Assembly: GCA_021613535.1 (NCBI GenBank)
Contig: CP075497.1
Span: 12,090,001-12,154,000, forward strand
Length of the DNA: 64,000 bases
Direction of reading: 5' to 3'
Source: Adineta vaga
Taxonomy: Eukaryota; Animalia; Rotifera
In this document: in pieces, positions 38,047-50,277 of the stretch
Position numbering within the stretch: the first letter of the stretch is position 1
Layout of the letters: each line of letters opens with the position of its first letter
Notes under the pieces: model-generated
What the model saw: the letters and a program-made list of their open reading frames with translations, nothing else
Databases searched by the model: none
What the model was told of the DNA's origin: nothing
Program-made: the position numbers and the translations under genes

Positions 38047-39182
38047 TTAAAATGGTCGAGGTTCAACAATTAAACTGTAGATTCTAGGTGACTGAAATGT
38101 CGGGATGTTTTTGTTCTTATATCGCCAGTAGAACAAACATAAACGAATACAAGTTAATATACATGTGAGACAAAAAAGACAACGAACAAACCAAACAATG
38201 AAAACAAATGAAGACGAGGGGTTTTGTTCATAGAATACAATTGTTCCTAATAACCAGAGAAAGGTTAACCATGGTGAAAGAGTAAATGCCATTGAATTAT
38301 AAAAAACAATATTTTCAAGAATAGAAAGCGTGAGAAGACCAAAGAGGAGAAGAAAACCACCAATAATCGAAGCTGTCGATGAAGAAACGAAATCACTATA
38401 GATAATACCTATAGTTATTGCTAAACAACTTTCATAGAAAAGAACAGATGCCCATAATGCTAATCCATTGTGATATAATAATCGTGTCAACCAAACATCC
38501 ATAAAACTAAAAAATCATATAAAATTTTCATATTTAAAACAAGTATAAATACGTACAATCGATGTCGAATATAATTGCTCAAATTTCCCCACAGTGATAC
38601 ATGAACAACTACTAGAATAATGATTACTTCACATAATGTACCAACATAACGAAAGATAGAAATCTAATTTAGAAGAAAAACATTATCAATAATCAAAAGA
38701 CATGTATCATTTAGTTTTTACTCCAACTCCATATTTATTTCTTGCAGCTGCTGCCAATTGTGGTGTATACAAAATAAGAGCAAATGCCGTATAGAAAAAG
38801 CACCATTTATTCATAGCACATGGATGTTGATAGAAATAACTACCTGAAGATGTACGACGGAAGATACCGATGACTGAATAGATTAACCATGCAGCCTAGA
38901 AGAATATTTGAATATAATAGAGATATTCATTTTGATCTTACCTGCCAAATGAAAACAAGATACCAGATGTATGACATACATACTGTTGGTGGTGTTATTT
39001 CAGTTGGATATCGATTAAGAGATGGAACATTTGGAAGAGTTTTGAGATTTTCTAAATTTGTCAGTATACATTTAGGAAAAAAGATTAAATTGTGATCAGA
39101 GATACTTACTCGATGAATATAATATATCAATAGAAATGCGTTGACAAATTTGAATTGAAAAGAATACTATAGATATACCCAT
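38047..39182 (-). CDS. Multi-pass membrane protein (YPTEITP...IW...WQ / NGLALW family), copy 1, 5 exons
   Basis: Spliced frame is open: RYPTEITPPTVCMSYIWYLVFIWQ|AAWLIYS...|...HNGLALWAS...LENIVF. The 5' start is uncertain because the ATG of copy 2 is absent here. Confidence 0.7.
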
Positions 39183-39729
39183 ATAGAGAATATGAATCCA
39201 ATCGTGTTCATAGGTGACATTTGGTGGAGCATAATTATTTTCAACTAAACCTATTTGTTTTTCATTTTTTCTGTCTGTTTGAGATCTAATATATTAATTA
39301 CATTACATTCGGATCATAAGAAATTTACTGGATCAAGTGTTAGTGTTACCCTATCACTGTCCATCAAGGAATATATCATATGCTAGACTTTAGCATATGA
39401 TTAGGGATTGCAGAAACGCGCCTAATTGACAAAATGAGCTTATTGATTAGTAATTAGAATTTCAGAAAAATGATCAGGTATGTGGCGCCCCCATTTTGCC
39501 CTTCATTGAATGATTGATTTATCTATCTAAGCATGTATGTATCCAAAGGCTAATTCTTTGTCGAGGTCGTGGTGCTTTGTGCATCGATGGTTTAAATAGA
39601 CATTTTCATTCGTTTCAATCCATCTAACAACAGTGTTCACTCAATAAAATTATCATCACATGTGCAAAGTATAAGTTACATCATTCTTTGTGCTTAAAAT
39701 AGTTCATTTGCTATATCCTTCATTCCTAA

Positions 39730-39792
39730 CCCAGATCGACAAATCCGATATTGGATCCAATCCGATCCGAGTATCGGATTATTCGACCTGGG
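39730..39792. mobile_element. 63-bp minimal MITE of the CCCAGGTCGA family
   Basis: CCCAGATCGACAAATCCGATA...TATCGGATTATTCGACCTGGG with AA on both flanks. Same terminus as the element ending at 16285. Confidence 0.7.
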
Positions 39793-39920
39793 AAGCAAAG
39801 TCAAAATAAGTGCGCTCACCACAAATAATAATTATTCTAATGAATAAGTAAATAATAGGATTATTGATTAAATAGATCATACATATTAGCTTGCTTTGTT
39901 TTGTTTGTTTGTTTGTTTAG

Positions 39921-40118
39921 AACAAAGTTCCAGTTGTGATTGATTGGCAAGATGAATACCAAAAGCTCCAACAAAAGTTTCAGCAACAAGGTGACTTACA
40001 CAAATAATTAATGGACGATATGAAGAGACAGATCGAAGAATTAAAACAAGAGATTAAAGACCTCAAGAAAGAGATCAACAAAACGGAAACAAATTCCAGC
40101 GATTCGTCAATTGCTTGA
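39921..40118 (+). pseudogene. Orphan coiled-coil terminal exon with a premature stop
   Basis: Polypyrimidine-TTTAG acceptor, then NKVPVVIDWQDEYQKLQQKFQQQGDLHK*LMDDMKRQIEELKQEIKDLKKEINK...*. Confidence 0.45.
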
Positions 40119-40159
40119 TGATCATCCTGTGTAGGACTCTAGATTTTTTTGTATCTCAT

Positions 40160-41612
40160 TTTGAGTCTATGGTCTTTTATATTTCAAATTGAATTTAAAA
40201 AAAATCGGACCCCATTTATACATATACCGTGGAATTTGGAGATCTAACAGAACAACACCTTCCACAACGACTAGCATCAAAGATATTACATTTCATACGG
40301 AATCAATATTAGAGTGGAAACCATACCGTAGTATAGTGCTCAAAACTAGACCTCAAGTATTCAACTATTTAGTTACCTATTTATGCAACTGTTCAGTTAT
40401 TCCATTACACCGCCAACACCCTGAATATACTAATACCCCCACCACACCCCCTGCACCCTCAATATGCTAATACCCCGCCACACCCTTCCCGCACCCTCAA
40501 TATGGAGGACTAAGAGAACTAGGAGGACTAAGAGGACTAAGAAAATTGCGAGATAGTTCGCATCTTTGGACTCTATGGTCTTTTTGAATTCTTTCTGAAT
40601 TCAAAATCACAAGCCATAACCATATTTTTCCACACAACCCTGGGTATACGGGTCTAAAACAAACAATTGGTTCTATTCAATGACCGACAGTCATTGTTAT
40701 ATATCCAGATGGTGCGACACACAATTGTTCAGATTATTTTTCACGATTCTTATCATTTCACTTGACCATGACCAGACATAAATCCAGTACTGTGTTCATA
40801 GACTCGCCTTAATTCATCACTAGTGATGAAAAATCTGTATACCCAGTTAGATACTTTCACCTTAGTCAATTTGAAAGACTCAGGGTCTAAGGGTATAAGG
40901 GTCTATGGGTCTAAAGGGCATAAGGATGTAAGTGTATAAGGGTCATCAGAGTCTAAAGGGTCTAAAGGGTATAAGGGTATAAGGGTGTAAGTGTATAAGG
41001 GTCTATGGGTCTAATGGGTATAAGGGTCTAACGGTGTAAGTGTATAAGGGTATAAGGGTCTAAAGGGTATAAGGGTCTAAGGGTATAACGGTGTAAGTGT
41101 ATAAGGGTCATAAGGGTCTAAAGGGTATAAGAGTATAAGACCCTTACACCCTTAGACCCTTTGGACCCTGAGACCCTTTAGACCGTTATACCCTTATACA
41201 CTTACACCGTTATACCCTTTAGACCCTTAGACCCTTAGACCCTTTAGACCCAAAGTTATGACGACTTCCGAAGTTATGAAGGACGAAGGTATGCATGTGT
41301 ATATGTATATAATTATGAAGATTCGAAGACTCATGATTTCAATCGGAAATGATATCTGTTTCTTCTTTTCTTAATTCAGAAAGAATTCAAATAGACCATT
41401 ATATGCTCCTTCTAGTCCTCTTAGTTCTCTTAGTCCTCCTAGTGTTCTTAATTATCGTAACTTATCATGTTAATAGAGACTATAGACAAAACATTTTATA
41501 TAATGAATTACAAAAATGTGTGTTTTCTTAAATCCGCTAGTCCTCCCATTTCAGTTTTAACTTAGATTCATATTTTTCGTTAAAATTCTGATTGAAATTT
41601 AAAAGACCATTA
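40160..41612. mobile_element. Foldback-like element with nested inverted repeats and a palindromic satellite core
   Basis: Symmetric order A(40169)-B(40504)-C(40571)-core-C'(41373)-B'(41406)-A'(41592). Confidence 0.6.
40883..41251. repeat. Degenerate 8-9-mer satellite (GGGTATAA/GGGTCTAA) that inverts at ~41140
   Basis: G-rich units 40883-41139 are followed by their reverse complements (TTAGACCC/TTATACCC) at 41140-41251. Confidence 0.92.
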
Positions 41613-41709
41613 TAACTATGCTCATTTTGATGTAAAAAACGAAAAGCTATTAATGTTTTCATACTTAATAATAAATCTACAATAACTGATGTACATATCC
41701 AAAAACTAA

Positions 41710-42400
41710 TTGTCCGATAAAATCAGAAATACCAACAATTGAAATCCATAAAGTTGGTCGTTGTTCAGATTGATAAGATGTTTTAAGAAGATTGGTGAAA
41801 AATAGAATACTTGTCTTAACTAATGATCAAATGAAAATCATTGAAATGATATGGAGATACAAAATGAATTATTATGAAGAAGGAAAGTGATTTGAATAAA
41901 GAATCTATTGATTGAAGAATATGAAATTTCATGAGAGTTGTTGATGAATTTAAAGAAACTGACTCAAATCAAATAAAGTGTTTAAATAAAGTGCCGAATT
42001 TATCTTCGAGATTTTTCTTGAAGATTGAAATTTAATCCAAGAAATCGATCACCATTTAAATGTTGTTGATGATTAAGGTGTTCATATTGGTAGAAGAGAT
42101 ATGCGTTGACCATAAATTAATCGACTACCTGATCCATTTATATCGCTTGTATTTAAATTTTGATCATCTTGCTGTGCAATACTATAATAACGCCTTTACC
42201 AAAAAGTGCAGCACTTAACCATAAACCACTGGAAAGAAGTGTTCCATCTCGAACTCCATATTTAATTGTTAATATACTTGCAAAAATATTCATGATTGAC
42301 ATTGTAGCGATTTATATTGAACTAGGAAGAGTTGAATGAAAATTCCTGTGGAAGAAATAAATCTCCATGCTATAATATTTACATAGAATGAACAAATACG
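41710..42400 (-). pseudogene. Decayed paralog of the MCT transporter at 10896-12700
   Basis: Colinear matches to 11425-12640 (ATTGTCCGAT..ATCAGAAATACCAA, TGTTCAGATTGAT, CCTTTACCAAAAAG, CCATATTTAATTGTTAATATACTTG) with internal deletions and stops. Confidence 0.85.
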
Positions 42401-42683
42401 AGTTCATGGGAAATTTGATTTTATGGCAAATTCGAATTTAATTACATATTTCGACAAAATCAAGTCACCAATGTACTTAAGAAACGAACGAAGCAAACGA
42501 GTTAATGCTTTCTTATACTGTAATTTACATACACAGAAAACTGTCATAGAATATAGAAATCATAGCGGTGAAGTCATCTTCGTGGCGTGATGGTATTGTA
42601 TTATAGTTATACACGAATATAGAGGTGGGTGTGGGTGTGAACAAGAATTCGAACTCTGACACTCCCTAACATCCTCATACCCT

Positions 42684-45036
42684 CAAGTGATGATTGAGAA
42701 CGATCAAGTAAATAACTGAGAGATTTTATACGAATCATTCGTTTTTTACCAGATAAAAGAATTAATAGTTGGTTACTAGAAATTAATGATAATTGATAAA
42801 CTTTTTTATCGTACAAGTTGTTCGATGCTAAAACAAAAAAACAGCAAAAGTTAAAATGAAATGAAGAATTGAGTTTGAATTTACAATCGGCCTTGATATC
42901 AATGACATAAAGACTATCTTCACTAGACAAAAGAAAACGATCTTGATCTAAAATCAAAAGGAGTTTGAAACAATTATTCATATTTTATTTTCCGAATTAC
43001 CGAGAATAAGAGCTGTGGTAACTTTTTTCAAACTGATACCACGAATTTCTTTAACATGAAATATTTCACCTGTCTAAAGAAAAGAAATTACTTGGTGAAA
43101 GATCATCGAACAAGTTCACATGTGATCCGCATTCTGTTGTAATGCTTTGAATCGATGAATATATTGATCTTTTCCAGAATAATTATTTGCTGATATATAT
43201 AAATGGTTTATTCGTTCTGCGGTAAAGAAATTTTTGTTACACTGATCTAAATATAACTTTTCGTAACTTTAATATAAAGAAGAAAAAAAATTGACATTTT
43301 TTTCATTCTTTTTTCAATAAAAATAACAATTTGAAAGACAAAGGAATTCACCTACTCGAACAATATATTGATCAAGAAGCTTTTTTCGGTCTAAAATAAC
43401 AACTAAAAGAAAAGAAAATGGAAAAGAAGATTATTTATTGGCGATTTCAGATGAACTCAGTATTTTTTTCATACAATCCGAATGACAAATCATCGCACAT
43501 CCTAAACAACTCGCTTTTTATAGAAAAAATAATTAAGGCCATCATACTTTTAAAAATAAATCCTTGTCCAACAATTCTGATCAATGCATATCGACAACAA
43601 TGAGAAACTGTTAGTAAACAAAAATTTCCCGATGAAAAATCATGTAACACGTTCTAAAAAATACATTCTTTTACATTGTTGATATATTTCAATATTATCG
43701 TTCGAGGAATTAATGGTTGATCTACATCCGACTAAAAATTCAAATATTTAGTCAAAAAAAAACGTTCAACTGTTTCTTTTCTTATTGATATTGATTCATG
43801 TGTATCCGTTATTATGTTTTGCGGCAATGATGATTGCGTTTTCACCTGAAAGACTTATCTCTCTCGATGATACTTCTGTTAATTGTCTTTTCAGTGATTC
43901 GTTTTCTTCTTTTAAACGTTGAATTTCTAATTATGATTCTTTAAATTGTTCTTCAGTTTGTTGTCGAACTTGTATTTCTCTTTCCATTGTTATTTTTTCA
44001 ACTTTAATTATTCAAAAGAAGAAAAAAAACTTCGAATAATTGATATTGTTGATATTCGACGAGAATTTGTTATTTCTTCAAGTTCTCCCATCATTTGATT
44101 TGCTGACGCTTTTAAAAATAAACTTGTTGATCGATCTACATTGATTAATCGATGTTTTTTTCTAAATCAATTAATTTCTCGTTCAAATTGTTTACAAAGA
44201 TTAGTATAAAATGAAATAAAATCAGATAAGATTGGATTAGTTTGATATTGATAGTCAATTGTTAAGAGCATTTCAGTATTTGCAGTATTCTGAAAAAAGT
44301 TGTGAAAATTCTTTACGAAATTTTGTTAAAAGAATCGCAAGATCACTGAGAAATGTTTGTTCTCTTCCGATTGAACTTTTAATTAATAAAGATTCATAAA
44401 GAATAAGAAATTCATTAATTTGTTGATGAAATTCTTGTTTAATTTCTTCAAACTCTGTTTGTTGAAGAAACTAATCAATTTGATCTTGTTTGAATTTTTT
44501 GTGTTATTCAGTAAGAAAATCTTGATTTAATTGCGTTTGATGTTTTTGTTGATCAAATAATTGTTATAAGCGATTAATTTCGGAAAATAACGATGTTTGT
44601 TGAAGTTTGACTAAAGAAGGTTTGAAATAGAAATTTTGTGTTGCAAGTGATTAGACTTACGTATAAAGTGAATAAGTAACAAACAGTATCAGCTCGTTTC
44701 AATATATCAGATTTAGTCATTATTTTCATTTTCACAACCATAACTAATAAAATAAAATTCTATCAATACTTATTACAAAAATGAGATTTACCTTTTCCAA
44801 ATGCACTATAACGAATTGATTTAGTTGTTTCAAAATCATCGCAATTCATTCGACATTGTTTTATACGTGAAATAAATGTTGGAACTAAAAAGAAAATGAA
44901 TATAAAAGATTAAAAAGTATAAAATAAATTTACCGTATTTAACAATGGCTACAATTATTTTTTCTTTTTTTAATGTTGTTTTACAACATTCATCATAAAC
45001 AACAGGCAATGCGTCAATTAATTCATCAATATTCAT
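42684..45036 (-). pseudogene. Decayed paralog of the MRCK-type kinase
   Basis: Colinear remnants: NIDELIDALPVVYDEC (N-terminus), coiled coil, C1 (LHDFSSGNFC...), PH, CNH ([11 protein letters not shown]...). Most of the kinase domain is deleted; stops and frameshifts; introns retained. Confidence 0.9.
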
Positions 45037-45252
45037 TTTATTGAAATCTTTGTGTTATGAATACCAAAATGAGAACAAAATAGATTTTAACATGAGGACA
45101 AATACATAACGTGTCTGTTTTCCGTACAATACAAAGAATAATGCAAACTGGTTTTTGAAAAATATATAAGATGGCATAAGAGATGATGATGAGATCTTTA
45201 AAAACCAAAATCATAGTTTGATGACGGCATGTTCGAATATCATAGAACAATT

Positions 45253-46280
45253 GTGATGTGGCCCAGTTCTAAAATTCTGGAATTATCAGCAAAATTCTAG
45301 AATTATCGGAATTATCTATCTCAAAATATAACTTTGCAACTGTAATTCTTCTATGAATTGGATTTGAGAACTATCAGAATCATTAGAACTATCGGAATTA
45401 TCAGAACTATGAAGACTCGGAATTAAGTGGATTGTTAGATCAGTACCAACCATTAAAATTACTGAAAGTATCAAAGTTGTGTGATCGGTAAGTGTATGAA
45501 ATCATTGACTTTGTGTCTTATTGAATTCAAGGTTTATACGCATATTTAAACCTAATATATTTCTATTCTGGAATAGATAGAGCACAAGTTACTTTGCGTA
45601 TCGCGCCATCTTTTTTTCTTGTAAATATGTTTTATATATACACGTATGTTGAACCATTTGCTTAGTTGAACGATTGTGCCACGTTATCACATAAGTTCTT
45701 TCTTCGATGCTAATGTTCTTGATTTTATTTTTATGTGCGATGCGGTCAGTTTTGTATGAGACAGTTTTCATACTTTCATATAACTTCTTTTCATAAAAAA
45801 TTAAGTAGTTTTTAGTATGTTTTCTTTCGTTCACTTTTATCTTCATAGATAAAGCAAATCATGTCCCATTAAATGTTTCTTACTTTGCAGTTAAACCAAC
45901 AGAAAAGCAACGCTTATGAACAACTCAGACCTGGATTCGTATAATCACTTTCGATGCAAAAATATGGTCAAACTTTTCAAAATCTGGTTCTTGAATATTA
46001 CCGATGTCAAATAATGAACAACTGCACAAAGGCTGTTAAAACGACTAATATTGGGATACTTTCCAAGCTCTGATAACTAAAATTATCATAAATTTCTTCT
46101 TATTCTTCGTTTCTACTGCTTCACTTACTTCTAATATGTCTAATAATTCAACTAATTGCGATAGTTTTAATAGTTCTGATAGTTCTAAAATACAATTCAT
46201 AAAAGAATTATAGTTGCAAAGTTATATTTTGAGATAGATAATTCCGATAATTCCAGAATTTTAGAACTGGGCCACTGCTG
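45253..46280. mobile_element. Non-autonomous hAT-like DNA transposon with >100-bp TIRs and an 8-bp TSD
   Basis: GTGGCCCAGTTCTAAAATTCTGGAATTATC... at 45258 is inverse to ...GAATTTTAGAACTGGGCCAC ending 46275. GAACAATT is directly repeated at 45245-45252 and 46281-46288, each 5 bp outside the matched TIR. Confidence 0.8.
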
Positions 46281-46347
46281 GAACAATTCGAGATATTTTT
46301 ACACATCAATGACAAAAACGAAAAAAAAGAAAAAATTTTGTCTAGTA

Positions 46348-47493
46348 TTAACTTGTACATTGAAGTTCAGTACCATGTCGAGCCAATTTGCCATTATTTT
46401 TATCAGCTAAATATAATTGATATTGATCAGTAAGTACCATATCGTATAACGATGGATATATTGAAGTTAAATTCCATGAAAGTAATAATGATTGAGAATC
46501 GATATCATAAATTCGTACACCAAAATTAACAAATGTAACCCAGAGACGATTGCAACTATCAACAGTGACGGATGTTGGTGATTCGGAACTACTAGCACTT
46601 GTAGCGAAGAACGTGAAAGTATAAGGTGGTGTTGTTTTTAATTGCAAAACTTTACCACCCCATGATCCATCAGTGATATAAACAAAATTATCATCATCTG
46701 GCGCTTTTCCTAATCCATATCCATTTGTTATTCCAAGTACAACGGATTGATTTAATGTATTCGATGGCCAATTGTAAAAATTTGCACGTGATATAGAAGC
46801 TGGATTCGTTTGTAGAAGAACACAAATGAGTGTATTATCGAAAAGCCAAACAATACGTTGTGGTCCACCTTGAGTAAAACTCATGTTTGCAATGTTAGAG
46901 AAATTTGTTGTTGAGTAGATATTAAATGCATACGGTGTTGTTACAGGAAAAATACCAGTATAGAAACGATCTTGATAATAACTGATCGTTTGAGTTCCTG
47001 ATGGTAAATTTATTGTTACGTTTAATAGAATAAAAGATGTTTTAGATACAAGACGAAGTTTTGCTAAAGCTACTACAGCTAATCTGTTATTGTTATTATC
47101 TAAAACAACGCTTGTAATAGAAGGAATATTTAATGCGCTCACATTCGATCGAATTTTTTCCATTAACCATGTCAAATTTGAACAACACGGAGCATACGGT
47201 AATAATGGTTCCAGTGAATATACTGAGACATTTGTTTGTGTAAGAATTTGAAATGGATATGATGAAAAATTTGAAAATAATTGGCAAGATGAATTGGATT
47301 TATAGAAATTAAAAACAACAAAAACTGAGGGATGTTGAAAACAATAACATAAACATTCTAATGGAGTAAGTTGATTTTCCAACCATACTGAAGGTGCATT
47401 CGTTATAATCTGTGCTTCTCTAATAATGCCAACCGTTGTACAGTGCGTACCAACGAAAACTATACTTAACAAAGAAATCAGCATGGACTGCAT
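46348..47493 (-). CDS. Secreted PAN/apple-like + beta-propeller protein, copy 2
   Basis: Near-identical to 36398-37540 (few substitutions, one extra codon, ends CTS* rather than CTN*). Confidence 0.75.
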   Translation of the reverse strand: MQSMLISLLSIVFVGTHCTTVGIIREAQIITNAPSVWLENQLTPLECLCYCFQHPSVFVVFNFYKSNSSCQLFSNFSSYPFQILTQTNVSVYSLEPLLPYAPCCSNLTWLMEKIRSNVSALNIPSITSVVLDNNNNRLAVVALAKLRLVSKTSFILLNVTINLPSGTQTISYYQDRFYTGIFPVTTPYAFNIYSTTNFSNIANMSFTQGGPQRIVWLFDNTLICVLLQTNPASISRANFYNWPSNTLNQSVVLGITNGYGLGKAPDDDNFVYITDGSWGGKVLQLKTTPPYTFTFFATSASSSESPTSVTVDSCNRLWVTFVNFGVRIYDIDSQSLLLSWNLTSIYPSLYDMVLTDQYQLYLADKNNGKLARHGTELQCTS

Positions 47494-47999
47494 TCTCGTA
47501 ATATTAATGAGTAAATGAAAAGTATAATATTTATATAAACCGTTTTTTTCCAATGCACTTAGATCTGCAGAAATGGATAGTTAAATGAAGTGCATTATAT
47601 CACTTTAACAATCGATTGCACTTTTGCTGTTACTTATTCTCGAGAAGAAACAAACAAATAAATGTTTCACAACTAATAGTATACTGAACAAACTGTAAAA
47701 GAGTTTTCCATTAAATTGTAAACTTATTCGATTGCTCTGCTCAAGGTAAAACTATCAACAACTTGGAAAAAGCCATTTCCATGTATGAAAAAAGAACATT
47801 CATCTAACAACTAAAACGTGTTGAAGAGTTTCTATGCCACATCTCCATTCGATCTTGTGATTCAAACCTCGAACTGATCTACATTATGCATGACAAATAA
47901 TTTCGAGATCATTTATTTCACTTTAATAGCAGAATAAAAACAATGAAATACTGTACAAATCTAACAAGACGAAAAGAGGAAAACAAGGAGATAAACAGT

Positions 48000-49214
48000 T
48001 TAAAATGGTCGAGGTTCAACAATTAAACTGTAGATTCTAGGTGACTGAAATGTCGGGATGTTTTTGTTCTTATATCGCCAGTAGAACAAACATAAACGAA
48101 TACAAGTTAATATACATGTGAGACAAAAAAGACAACGAACAAACCAAATAATGAAAACAAATGAAGACGAAGAGTTTTGTTCATAGAATACAATTGTTCC
48201 TAATAACCAGAGAAAAGTTAACCATGGTGAAAGAGTAAATGCCATTGAATTATAAAAAACAATATTTTCAAGAATAGAAAGCGTGAGAAGACCAAATAGG
48301 AGAAGAAAACCACCAATAATCGAAGCTGTCGATGAAGAAACGAAATCACTATAGATAATACCTATAGTTATTGCTAAACAACTTTCATAGAAAAGAACAG
48401 ATGCCCATAATGCTAATCCATTGTGATATAATAATCGTGTCAACCAAACATCCATAAAACTAAAAAAATCATATAAAATTTTCATATTAAAAACAAATAT
48501 AAATACGTACAATCGATGTCGAATATAATTGTTCAAATTTCCCCATAACGATACATGAACAACTACTAGAATGATAATTACTTCACATAATGTACCAACA
48601 TAACGAAAGATAGAAATCTAGTTTAGAAGAAAAACATTATGAATAATCAAAAGACATGTATTATTTAGCTTTTACTCCAACTCCATATTTATTTCTTGCA
48701 GCAGCTGCCAATTGTGGTGTATACAAAATAAGAGCAAATGCCGTATAGAAAAAGCACCATTTATTCATAGCACATGGATGTTGATAGAAATAACTACCTG
48801 AAGATGTACGACGGAAGATACCAATGGTTGAGTAGATTAACCATGTAGCCTAGAAGAATATTTGAATATAATAGAGATATTCATTTTGATCTTACCTGCC
48901 AAATGAAAACAAGATACCAGATGTATGACATACATACTGTTGGTGGTGTTATTTCAGTTGGATATCGATTAAGAGATGGAACATTTGGAAGAGTTTCGAG
49001 ATTTTCTAAATTTGTCACTATACATCTAGGAAAAAAGATTAAATTGTGATTAGAGATACTTACTCGATGAATATAATATATCAATAGAAATGCGTTGACA
49101 AATTTGGATTGAAAAGAATATTATAGATATACCCATATAGAGAATATGAATCCAATCGTGTTCATAGGTGACATTTGGTAGACCATAATCATTTTCGACC
49201 AAAGCTATTTCCAT
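48000..49214 (-). CDS. Multi-pass membrane protein, copy 2, 5 exons
   Basis: ATG 49214 gives MEIALVENDYGLPNVTYEHDWIHILYMGISII...; same exon structure as copy 1; open spliced frame. Confidence 0.75.
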
Positions 49215-50277
49215 TTCATATTATTAGGTTTTATATTTAATAAATAATTCTAATGCGAAAAGTCAGCACAACAATGTATTTTTATTACAATATTTTATTA
49301 CACACTTATTATAAGAATTTCATTGGTTCAAGTGTTTGCCTATCACTGTCTATCAACGAATATCTCGTAAAGTAAACTTCAGCACAGAAGTTTGATAGTA
49401 CAAAAGTTTCTAATTTATGAAATGGATTCATTTATTAGTAGTTGAAATTCTCAGAAAAGTGGCTAGACATGTGGCGCCCTCATTTTGCTGTTTATTAACT
49501 GTGTCATTTTTCGGAAATATATGTTACAGTTGATGCTCATTTTTCGTTGTTGAACTAGATTTTTTCGATGTTCTTTTCTGTAAAAGTGGTATTCTTTTGA
49601 AATAGATAAAAGAAAATAATCAAGAATAGGAAAATAAATTTGAACAACTGTCTTATTATACATTCATATCCTTATTTACGAATCTTTCAATCTAGTAAGT
49701 CAGATAGAACATACTAATGCAACTAGTGAGGATTGTATTGAAATACACACTTATGTAATGTCTTTAAAAAGCATCTACTATCGTATTATTGATGAATATG
49801 CATCGTGTCACTAAAATCATATCTTTATATTGACTTTCTTTCATCAGTAAGTTTGTGGATCATCATGTGATAAATGAACATAATTGTATCTACACCATAG
49901 TCTTTTACAAGCACGATATACGTCTATGAATTCGAAGCTAATAGACTTCACCACAGAGAATATTCAACTTATTTCACTTTGATGCTTTGATATGAAGAAC
50001 ATCAGATTGAAAATGAGCGTTTCTCTTCCAAGAGTACGAATTAGTTGGTACTGATTTAAACAATCATTTCTGTTTATACTATTCTTCAGCTCCTTACTTA
50101 TACAGTACAAAAGGGACAAAAGAATTGTATTTTATATACATTTACTGTCCTTTATCATTTGCTAACAGGTTGAGTTTTTTACTTCGTATTTTATTGTCTG
50201 TTTAGACAGTAGTAAAATAGGGAATAGTTCGATTCTTGACAGAAAGATTGCAGATCGATAGATATAACATTCATGAT

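Noticed and set aside
40883-41251. True telomere-telomere fusion
   Set aside because: The unit is a degenerate 8-9-mer rather than a hexameric telomere repeat, and it is nested in element-like inverted arms. Kept only as a foldback finding.
42623-42640. GGGTGTGGGTGTG as interstitial telomere (also 28681 and 28930)
   Set aside because: Only about two units; more consistent with the ends of a small interspersed repeat.
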